A stretch of DNA of 64,000 nt from Malacoraja senta (lineage: Eukaryota): NCBI GenBank assembly GCA_038087875.1, contig JAXLNO010001166.1:558001-622000 (forward strand). Reading direction: 5' to 3'. Positions 12,801 to 22,120 of this stretch are shown in pieces. The position numbers and the translations under genes were made by a program. A model generated the notes under the pieces. The model searched no databases, was not told the DNA's origin, and saw only the letters and a program-made list of their open reading frames with translations. Position 1 is the stretch's first letter, and each line of letters opens with the position of its first letter.

Positions 12801-13669
12801 ATATCTGGTGTATCATTTATCTCAAAAAATAGATCCATCTGTTTTTTTAGATATATACTCCCTTGTGGGTCTTTTAAAATTTGCGAGTTAAATCTCCAGA
12901 ACGATTTATTCATAGACATTCCTTCTAGTTTTAAAACAAAAGTTAACGGAGAGTGGTCTGAGATCGCATTAGTGTGGTATTTAGCATTCATAGTGTGCGG
13001 AATTAATTTTGTATCCACAAGAAAGTAGTCTATCCGTGAGTATGTTTTATGCACCGTTGAATAAAACGAATAATCCCTTCCCATCGGGTTTGCAATCCTC
13101 CACACATCTGCTATATTTGTGTTTTCCATATATGTATGTAAAAGTTCACTGGTTTTAGATTTCATATTACCTTTTTGTTTTTGCATCGATTTATCTAGAT
13201 AAGGGTCTAAAACACAGTTAAAGTCTCCTCCAATTATAACATCTTGATAATTAAATTCTGCAATTATATTCAGAATTTCATTAAAAAATTGAGGGTTATC
13301 GAAATTGGGCGCGTATATATTTACCAGCGTAATTGGCGTATTATTGATCTCTCCTGCTACTATAAGGTATCTCCCTTCCTTATCTAAAATAGTATTCTTT
13401 GATTTAAATGGAATTCATTTACGAATGATGATTGCAATGCCTCTAGATTTGGAGGTGAATGAAGAGTGAAATGTTTGTCCTATCCAGTTCGCCCTCAGTC
13501 TCTTCTGATCTTGATGTTTAAGATGCGTTTCCTGTAGAAACGAAATGTCCGTGTTGTATGATTTCAACTGAGCTAGTATCTTGCCCCTTTTAATAGGTTC
13601 ATTAATACCCCTTATATTCCAGCTACATAGTGTGATTCCTCCCATTTTCTTTTGATTATCATCATACAT
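9850..13669 (-). pseudogene. L1-A ORF2 (APE endonuclease, RT, Cys-rich C-terminus), disrupted
   Basis: SWNIRG/LQETH, GGDFN, YSRIDY, SDHSP, QGCSLSPLLF, YDDD, CDKC...H...C. Nonsense at 13415-13417 and frameshifts near 12380 and 10900. Confidence 0.9.
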
Positions 13670-14027
13670 TTTTACCAATTTTAATGATCTTATTTATTAT
13701 GGTGCATTCATACCTCAGGACTCTGGTTATTTTGGGGGCATTTCTATTATAGACTTCCTTGGTAGTTCTCCTCCGCGATTGTCCTTGGAAAGAAAACACA
13801 TAGATGTGACGTATTGTGATAAAAATAAAAAATAAAAGTATATCAAATAAGTGTACGGTGTCTGAGATTTCAACACCGTAGTGAGTGTCCCACTCGTCTG
13901 TGGGGTACGACATCGATATCGCTTCCGGCGTAGATGTTATGATGTTAGCCCCGCTGCCTTTATTACCCAAAACCTAGGGGGTCGGTACCGTTTCCAAATC
14001 AGTTCTATTTCACCCCGTTGCAGTATA

Positions 14028-14673
14028 TATATATGTTTCATTCTGACTTCAAATGTATTCAGTTACATATATTCCTCACTCTTTATCTCTTAACTATTTT
14101 GAATTGGTTTTAGTATTGTTAAAAGTGAGCTGTTCGCTGAAAGGGTTAACCGGAGTCAGGCTCCTGGAGTTGTGCCAGGTGCCTAGTCTCCTCCCCTCCC
14201 CACTCGAGCTGCGGAACATATATGATTACTGTTGTCTGCGTTATAAGGCAGGCAACACATTTTTATCAGTTTCAATTGCTATTTCTATATTAATATTGTT
14301 AATTATTAATTAATATTGATTCTCCATATTTTGTAAAACTATATAAGCCATATATATGTTTCATTCCGACTTCAAATGTATTCAGTTACTAATATTCCTC
14401 ACTCTTTATCTCTTAACTATTTTGAATTGGTTTTAGTATTGTTAAAAGTGAGCTGTTCGCTGAAAGTGTTAACCGGAGTCAGGCTCCTGGAATTATGCCA
14501 GGTGCCTAATCTCCTCCCCTCCCCACTCGAGCTGCGGAACATATGTAATTACTGTTGTCTGTGTTATAAAGCAGGCAACACATTTTTATCAGTTTCAATT
14601 GCTATTTCTATATTAGTATTGTTAATTATTAAATATTATTGATTCTCAATATTTTATAAAACTATATAAGCCA
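14028..14673. repeat. 323-bp tandem duplication in the L1-A inter-ORF spacer
   Basis: 14028-14350 and 14351-14673 align end to end with scattered substitutions. Confidence 0.92.
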
Positions 14674-14922
14674 TGTGATGTTTTCCGCTCTCAGCACATC
14701 AGATCGTCAGTCCCATGTTATCAGTCTTTCCTCGTTTGAGCACAGAGTGTCCTTGAGTTAGATGCCGCAATGTTCAAGGGGAGATAATAATGTCTAGACA
14801 CGTCTCCTGGAAAATCTGTTGCGTGTGATGATTTTAAAAGATTGATGTTCAGTTATTCACTTTTCTTGTGATATTCTTGATGGGGGAATAAACAAATTAA
14901 TTTGTTCATGACGTCTTGGTGA

Positions 14923-15933
14923 TCAATCTTCACTTGTTGCTGCCTTGGCCACGATTTCTTGAGCGTATTTAAGAGATTCTGCCGAGTTAATGAATGTTTT
15001 TGACTTTCCCATGAAAGTAATACGCATCCTGGCCGGATAATACACTCCACATATGACACCCTTGACACCGTAAAGAACTTCTCTGGTCTGTGAGAACTTT
15101 CTTCTCTTTTGCACAATCTCGTAAGGGTAGTCCCGTAGGAGTTTAATAGAATCATTTCTGTACATCATCTCCTCTCCGTATTTGATGTTTTTCATCAGCG
15201 CTTCCATTGTTGGGATATCCCGAAGTTTAACTATGATCTGTCGTGGGTAGGCATGTGCACCTTGGGATCTTGGTTTAAATCTGGGTAGTCGATGTGCTAC
15301 TTCAATTACAGGTGCCTCAGGTAGTTTGAGTACGTGTTTAATTAGATTGGCAGTGAACTCACAAGCATTGTCCCCCTCAGCTCCCTCTTTTACTCCACGT
15401 ATACGTATATTTTGTCGTCTTGAGCGAGCTTCTAGGTCAACACATTTATCAGACACTTTTGTAAGATGGCTCTTGAGGCTGTCTATTTCTAACTTCATCG
15501 TCTGCATCTCTCCGGTCATCTCTTCCACAACAGCTTCCATATCTTTCACTGCAGTTACATTTGCAGAAACAGTTTCATGCACAGCCTCAAACATCTTTGT
15601 GGTCTCTTCTGCCATCTTATTAATTTTCCCCGTTAATTCTTCTTGCACATCATCCACTCTTTTTTTCAGAGCACCAATGCCCGCAAGTATTTTTTCATTA
15701 CCGGCCATCAAATTTATGTTTCCAATTTTGAAGTCATTTTTCAAATCTCTTACCGAGTTTTTTAACTCCTCCAATTCGGTTTTCTCTTTTGTGGTCATCT
15801 CAGTCTTAGATCGTGTGTCCTTTCCAGAAACCACTCCAGAGGTCCGTTTTGCAGTTTCTTGATGTTCCAGAGTCTTCAGCGATTGTTTTGTAACTTTCCT
15901 CTGTGGGCTCTGACCTGGAGATGTACTTTTCAT
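14923..15933 (-). CDS. L1-A ORF1p (coiled coil, RRM, CTD)
   Basis: 336-aa open frame; LEARSRRQNIRIRGVKEG, IEVAHR, PRQIIVKL, YPARMRI. Confidence 0.88.
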   Translation of the reverse strand: MKSTSPGQSPQRKVTKQSLKTLEHQETAKRTSGVVSGKDTRSKTEMTTKEKTELEELKNSVRDLKNDFKIGNINLMAGNEKILAGIGALKKRVDDVQEELTGKINKMAEETTKMFEAVHETVSANVTAVKDMEAVVEEMTGEMQTMKLEIDSLKSHLTKVSDKCVDLEARSRRQNIRIRGVKEGAEGDNACEFTANLIKHVLKLPEAPVIEVAHRLPRFKPRSQGAHAYPRQIIVKLRDIPTMEALMKNIKYGEEMMYRNDSIKLLRDYPYEIVQKRRKFSQTREVLYGVKGVICGVYYPARMRITFMGKSKTFINSAESLKYAQEIVAKAATSED

Positions 15934-16684
15934 TTAAAATGACTTTCCCTCCGTTAAATTCACGGCTCTTACTGATGACGTCATCAGCGCCGCGACATGA
16001 GACTCCGGTAAGTTTTTAAAAACGGTCCCGACCTCCAGACCCGATTTTAACGCGAAAAATCGCGATTTTTTTCAGCGGAGCTAAAAAATTTGCGACTGCT
16101 AGCAAAGCATGTCGCCACCGGAAGTCCTCCATAAATATTCTAAAAGGAATTTAAACTGGAGGTGGTAGAGGGATGAACAATAACAGCCTATTGCATTTTA
16201 TCTATTTATTTATTGTGTATATATATGGTCTATGGTATATAAACACACTGAACTTTTATCTCCTGTTCTGTGTTATGTTCACATATTCTGTTGTGCTGCA
16301 GCAAGCAAGAATTTCATTGTCATATCTGGGACACATGACAATAAAACTCTCTTGATTCTTGACTTGGACTTAAGCAAAAAAGGGTTCTTGGGGAAAAAAG
16401 AGGTACCTTAAATTTAGTTGCGTCTGGTTGGGTAACTATGGTAGGGTGAAGAATATTCCATGCTTTAATTGTGCGGGTGAACTCCACAGAGCAGCCAGCA
16501 ACTCAGGATAGAAGAAATTGTGTGACGTTTCGGGTAGATACCCTTCTTTAGACTCCCTCTGGTTTTAGTGTCTTTAGTTTAATTTGAAGATACAGCGTGG
16601 AAACAGGCCCTTCAGCCCACCGAGTCCACGCCGACCATTGATCACCCGTACACTAGTTCTTTCCCACACATTAGCGAAGTAAGT

Positions 16685-16900
16685 CAAGAGTCAAGAGTGT
16701 TTTATTCTCTCACGTCCCAGTGAGAACAATGAAATCCTTACTTGCAGCAGCACAACAGCATATGTAAACATAGTACTCTGTAAACAATGTTATAAACGAG
16801 AAAACAAAATGGTGTATATTTATATATGAATATATAACTATATAAATATATGTGTGTGTGTGTGTGTGTGTGTGCGTGTGTGTGTATGTGTGTGTGTGTA
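16685..16900 (-). mobile_element. Rex1-like 3' tail plus (TG)n microsatellite
   Basis: caagagtcaagagtgttttatt tail; (tg)n at about 16851-16898. Confidence 0.55.
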
Positions 16901-17289
16901 TAATATATATACCCACACACACACATACAATTTCCCTCCTGGGATTAATAAAGTTCTATCATATAGTATCGTGTGTGTAGGAAGGAACTGCAGATGCTGG
17001 TTTAAACTGAAGATAGACACAAAAAGCTGGAGTAACTCAACAGGTCAGACAGAATCTCTGGACAAAAGGAAAATATTACGTTTTGGGTTGGGTCTGAAAT
17101 AGGTTCCTGCACACCTTTGGAATGTGGAAGGAAACAAAAGCACCGGGAGAAAACCCATGCGATCAAAGGGAAAAGGGGAAAACTCCATACAGACAGCACC
17201 CATATTCAGGATCAATTCCGGGTCCCTGGCACTTTTAGGCAGCAACTTTATGGCCAATGTACAGCCCCATAGTCTTGAACTTAATTAAA

Positions 17290-17890
17290 AGGACAAGTGT
17301 AGCATTCCCTGCGATTGCAAGGGAAAGTGCCAGGAGAGGGGGTGGTTTGGGTGGGAAGGGACGAATCGACCAGGGAGTTACGGAGGGAGCGGTCTCTACG
17401 GAAAGCCAACAGGGGAGGAGATGGGAAGATGTGGCCAGTGGTGGGTCCCATTGGTAGACAAAAAAGCTGGAGAAAATCAGCGGGTGAGGCAGCATCTGTG
17501 GAGCGAAGGAATAGACGACGTTTCGAGTCGAGACCCTTCTTCAGATTGATGTCGGGGGGGGTGGGTGACATGAAAAAGAAAGGAAGAGGCGGAGACAGTA
17601 GGCTGTGGGAGAGCTGGGAATGGGAGGGGAAGGAGGGAGAAAGCAAGGACTACCTGAAATTAGAGAAGCCGATGTGCATACACTGGGGTGTAAACTACCA
17701 AAGCAAATATGAGGTGCTGCCCCTCCAATATGCGGTGGGCCTCACTCTGGCCATGGAGGAGGCCCAGGACAGAAAGGTCGGATTCGGAATGGGAGGGGGA
17801 GTTGAAGTGTTGAGCCACCGGGACATCAGGTTAGTTATTGCGAACTGAGTGGAGGTGTTGTGCGAAGCGATCGCCAAGCCTGCGCTTCGG
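17290..17890 (-). mobile_element. Penelope-like element remnant in partial tandem (GIY-YIG C-terminus, pLTR with hammerhead core, linker fragment)
   Basis: Minus-strand translation RRLGDRFAQHLHSV...VAQHFNSPSHSESDLSVLGLLH...RILEGQHLIF; pLTR at 17455-17550; PGTFPCNRRECYTCPF at 17290-17450. Confidence 0.8.
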
Positions 17891-18582
17891 TTGATCATAC
17901 GCTGAATAATCCAACCACATTTTTGTTTGGAAGTGGAAAGAAATAATAGAAATTGCATTCATTGCAACGTGTAAAAAGAGTTGAGATACAGTATTATAAT
18001 TTTGCTGCATGTCATTGTGGTATATATCATGTCCTGATTGGTGAATATGTTTAGTTTGTAGCTTTATTTGAAGCAGAAATAATATATGAGTGCTTCATTG
18101 AGTATAATTCCGACAGGTAACTATGCACTTTGTCCAAGCACATTATCGCACGCGCCATGCAAGCCGTCTTAAATAACCACCTAAACTGTAATTTGGCAAC
18201 TTAAAAAGCTGCCAAGGTTGCCCGGCTGACAACAGAGAAAAAAAATTAAGTGAGAGCCCTGCAAGGTGCATAGGCCTTTCTTACATATGCTGTCACAACG
18301 CACTGTAGTCTCTAAACAACCCTTCAGTAATTTTCCTTGGCCTCCATTTCAGAATAATAGTGTTTTAACCCAATAACTCGACACTAGCACAGGCAATAAA
18401 TAAATAAATAAATAAAGCCCAGCTTTCCAGCCCCTTATCTCATTGGCCACGCTCGGCTGCAAATCGGTGTCAATCTGGTGGACCATCTTCCTCTAGTCGT
18501 GGGGATGGGGGATTGGGGGGGGGGGGCTCACAAGTGGACAGCTTAGGGCCTCTCTTCATCTAAATCCGGCCCTGCTGGTAGG

Positions 18583-19010
18583 TTTCAATGAGATTACCCC
18601 CTCATCCTTCTAAATCCCACGAGCACAGGCACAGAGACATCAAACATTCCTCATACGTTAAATCAATCATCCCCAGGACATACTTCCTCTGGACCCTCTC
18701 CAAAGCCAGCACATCCTTTCCAATATGGAGCCCAAAATGGCTCACAATATTCCAAATGTGTCCTCACCAGTGCCTGATAAATCCTCAGCATTATATCATT
18801 GTTTTTATATCCTAGGCCCCCCGAAATGAATGCTGGCATTGCATTTGCCTCACTTACCACCGACTCAATCTGCAAATTAACTATTTGGGAATCCTGCACT
18901 AGTACTCCCACTTTGGAGCTCAGATTTCTGAATTCTCTCCCCATTTAGAAAATAGTCTATGTCTTTATTCCGACTGCCAAAATGTAAAACCAGACACTTG
19001 CTACACTGTA
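18583..19010 (-). mobile_element. CR1 fragment, right part
   Basis: IMLRIYQALVRTHLEYCEPFWAPY (ORF 18663-18944). Confidence 0.85.
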
Positions 19011-19024
19011 TTCCATTTGGCTCT

Positions 19025-19320
19025 GCTTTGCCCACTCGGTGGAACTGCTGCCTTACAGCACCAGAGACCCGGTTCAATTCTGACTACGGGTCCCGTCTGT
19101 ACAGAGTTTTGTACCTTCTCCCCCGGACCTGTGTGGGTTTTGCCTGGATCTCCGGTTTCCTCCCTCAGTCCAAAGACATACAGGTTTGTAGGTTAATTGG
19201 CTTGGTATAATTGTAAATTGTCCCCTAATAAGTAAGATAATGTAAGTGTGCAGGGATCGCTGGTTGACGCAGACTCTGTGGGCTGAAGGGCCTGTTTCTG
19301 CGCTGTATCTCTTAAACTAA
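19025..19320 (+). mobile_element. HE1-like tRNA-derived SINE
   Basis: ctgctgccttacagcaccagagacccggttcaattc head (B box), body, CR1-like tail ...ctgtatctcttaaactaaaa. Confidence 0.85.
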
Positions 19321-19380
19321 AACCACATTCCATTGACTATCAATAATTCTGGGCAATTAGATAACCACAAATTAATAATG

Positions 19381-19680
19381 GGTGGCACAGTGGCGTAGCG
19401 GTAGAGCTGCTGCCTTACTGCACCAGAGACCTGGGTTAGATCCTGACTACAGGTGCTGTCTGCAAGGACATTGTACGTTCTCCCTGTGACTGCGTGGGTT
19501 TTCTCCGGGTGCTTCGGTTTCCTCCCACACTACAAAGACATACAGGCTTGTAGGTTACTTGGCTTAGGTAAAATTGTAAATTGTCCCCAGTGTGTTGGTT
19601 AGTGTAAATGTACGGGATGATCACTGTTCAGTGAGGACTCAGTGAGCTGAGGGGCCTGTATCTGCACCATATCTCTAAAG
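19381..19680 (+). mobile_element. HE1-like tRNA-derived SINE
   Basis: ggtggcacagtggcgtagcggtagagctgctgcc A box, gggttagatcc B box, CR1-like tail. Confidence 0.88.
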
Positions 19681-19785
19681 TTTAAAATCTAAATCCAGAG
19701 TTGAGTTAAGAGTGTGTTGAGGCTGTTATCTCAGTCCAGGAGGTTTATGGTCTCAAGTGATCAGCCTCATTGACTTGCCACTTAC

Positions 19786-20058
19786 CCTGTGGAACATTGA
19801 CTCCCTGCAGCAGAGTTGCATGTTCGATGTAACAGGAGAATTTTGCCACATCTTCTCTATTCAGTTGAATTGTATTCTTCAGCTGGTAAGTCCCATCCCA
19901 ATTGGGCAACAGATCACTGGATTCAGACTCGTGGACCCCCTCACCATCTCTCAGCCACGTTACATCGATGGCCCGTGGCTAGAAGCCTGTGACAAGGCAG
20001 GAGAGTCTCAGTGATTGTGACCCATCACGTTTAATCCCAATAAACACCTCAGAGGTTT
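19786..20058 (-). pseudogene. MHC class I alpha3 (C1-set Ig) exon of gene A, with in-frame stop
   Basis: cttgcag| acceptor and |gtaagt donor, 273 nt, phase 1-1. TSEVFIGIKRDGSQSLRLSCLVTGF*PRAIDVTWLRDGEGVHESESSDLLPNWDGTYQLKNTIQLNREDVAKFSCYIEHATLLQGVNVPQ. TAG at 19979-19981 replaces the Tyr of GFYP. Confidence 0.88.
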
Positions 20059-20184
20059 CTGCAAGTGTAAGAAGCGTCAGAATCAGTGAAGACATGAACA
20101 AAAGCCTTCAATTGTAAGATCACTGCAACTCACCACTTTCCCAATCAGAGTTTTTTCTCTGGCTGAACTAATTTTCCAGCCTAG

Positions 20185-20308
20185 ACCCAAAATGCTGGAA
20201 TAACTCAGCAGGTCAGGCAGCACCTCTGGAGAGAAGGAATGCCCAGAGATGCTATCTGACCCACTGAGTTACGCCAACATCTTCGGTGTAAACCAGCATC
20301 TGCAGTTT
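20185..20308. mobile_element. Penelope-derived inverted-arm repeat lacking the core
   Basis: gctggaataactcagcaggtcaggcagcacctctgg arm followed by its reverse-complement arm. Confidence 0.6.
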
Positions 20309-20624
20309 TATCTTGCACAAAGTTTACAGCCTTTTCTCTCTTCATTTTGCATTTCTGGCAAAACAACAAAACATTTCGTTTTAATATCACTAACGCTCCT
20401 TATCATAGCTCCAGACTTTAACTGACAGCGCAGATGAAAGGGGAATGCAGGGCCCAATGGAGGAGTATAACTCACCATTGGGATTGATACTGTAGACATG
20501 ATTGCTTCTATTTGTTCATGAATCTCTGCTGAATAATAACACTAAATATTCCAAGAGGGAATGGGAGGAAGAAGTTCTTAAAATAGAGAACTGTTGGAAA
20601 TTGGATGTCACCATCCTAAGGAGT

Positions 20625-21838
20625 AATAGTAAGATTAAACGAGAACTTACCAGTTTGAAGTTTGATCTTTATTTTATGAGGAGTTACGATGAGGGATTAC
20701 GTGAAGAAGACCCCGTCCATCCGCATGCGCGTCAATCTTCAAAGCAGCAGTGTGAAATCACAGGTAATAGTAATTGAAGTATAATAGTAAGATTAGAGAA
20801 GACTAGAACTACCAGATGACCTTTATGAGGGTTGGGAGCGGAGGGCACGTAATCCCTCATCGTAATTCCTCATAAAATAAAGATCAAACTTCAAACTGGT
20901 AAGTTCTCGTTTAATCTTACTATTTTACTTCGGAGTCACGTGAGTGACTACGTGAAGATTTCAAAGCTCTGTGATTTCATGCCGCAGATTCAAATCCAGG
21001 CGTCTCACTGCATCGATTGACTCAGAATGAGTAAATAATCAATAATGCATCAAACCATAACATTGCTTTAAACGCATTAACGGTTTATTTTGTAAAGAAA
21101 CAATAGCAATCCCTTCTATCCCAGGGGGAAACTATAAAACTGAACTCAAAACTTAATGGGCAAATACCCCCGGTTTGGCAATTGGTTTATGATAAAACTT
21201 TTGGAACATCAATTCATTGGACCATCCTGTGGCCGCGAGAATATGGTCTCTAGGGACGTCCATTACCCTGGCCGCTGAAGTTGATGCCGCCCTGGTGGAA
21301 TGAGATTTAAAATTGTCAGTGTCAATCCCAGCATAAACCAGAACCTGCTTTAGCCACCTTGAAATAGTCTGAACTGACAACTTTCTATGCATTTTTTTGT
21401 GGCTAATAAACAATGCTGATTCTGCACCTCTTAGGGTTCTGGTAGCCTCGATGTAATATAACAAACATGACACCACACACAGGCGGGAATCCGTGGGGTA
21501 TGCCGAAAAAGTAATCTTACACCCTGTCGCCCCTAGTCTACTCTGCTTGAGCAAATCATAGATGTAAAAACTGACGGCATCAGCTGACACTTCCATCCTG
21601 TCTAGTCGCAGCTTCTGTAATGTCTGCACACTTTGGGCTGAAACCAACGCCATAAGCATGACTACCTTCATGGTGACCTTGGCCAAAGACAGGGCTGTGA
21701 CAGGAGTCTACTGACAACGGAGCATAAGAACTTTGCTTACATTCCAGATTACCGAATACCTGGGCCTGGGAGGATTGGAATTAAAAATTCCATTCATAAA
21801 TCTAGAAACTGAGGCGCCATGTTGGACTAACAGACGTG
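20625..21838 (-). mobile_element. DIRS-type tyrosine-recombinase retrotransposon, 3' part
   Basis: YR coding remnant. Terminal 20625-20703 is the inverted complement of internal 20846-20923 (ICR architecture). Confidence 0.85.
21153..21835 (-). pseudogene. DIRS tyrosine recombinase, 5'-truncated
   Basis: LCVVSCL, LFIS, SRWLK, KSHSTRAASTS, GWSN..FQKFY catalytic motifs in ORF 21153-21686; homology extends to about 21835. Confidence 0.85.
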
Positions 21839-22120
21839 CACCTAGCTCCGCTCCCGAAAAATTTCACGATTTATCGTGTAAAACGGGTCCATAAATCAGG
21901 ACTGGATTTAAAAACCTTACCGGAGCTGCTGGTCGCCGGGCTGATGACGTCATCAGTAAGCACGATGTTTTAAACGGTGGTTTAAAGCCTTTTAAATGAG
22001 TAAACTGTCTCCAGCCAAGAGCCCTCAGAGATCAGTGAAAAAGCTGCTGAGAAACCAGAAGAAGTCTGAAGGTCAAGTTACCTCTGAAGTTTTTGAAGTG
22101 GCTGCAGAAATGGATACAAG

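Larger units (their letters stand above)
9473..16123 (-). mobile_element. Full-length L1-clade LINE (L1-A), inactivated
   Basis: 5' UTR, ORF1, spacer, ORF2, A-rich tail at 9473-9500; direct repeat gtcctccataaatattc at 9456-9472 and 16124-16140 (TSD). Confidence 0.92.
8918..18574. mobile_element. Non-autonomous hAT element containing nested insertions
   Basis: TIRs cagggccggattta (8918) and taaatccggccctg (18561-18574); 8-bp TSD ctggtagg at 8910-8917 and 18575-18582. Confidence 0.9.

Noticed and set aside
10307-15862. Plus-strand ORFs overlapping L1-A, and similar antisense ORFs over the transposase and Gypsy pol
   Set aside because: Antisense shadows of real coding frames; no recognisable domains.
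19381-19460. tRNA-like A and B boxes (also in the other SINE heads)
   Set aside because: Continue into SINE body and CR1-like tail; not tRNA genes.
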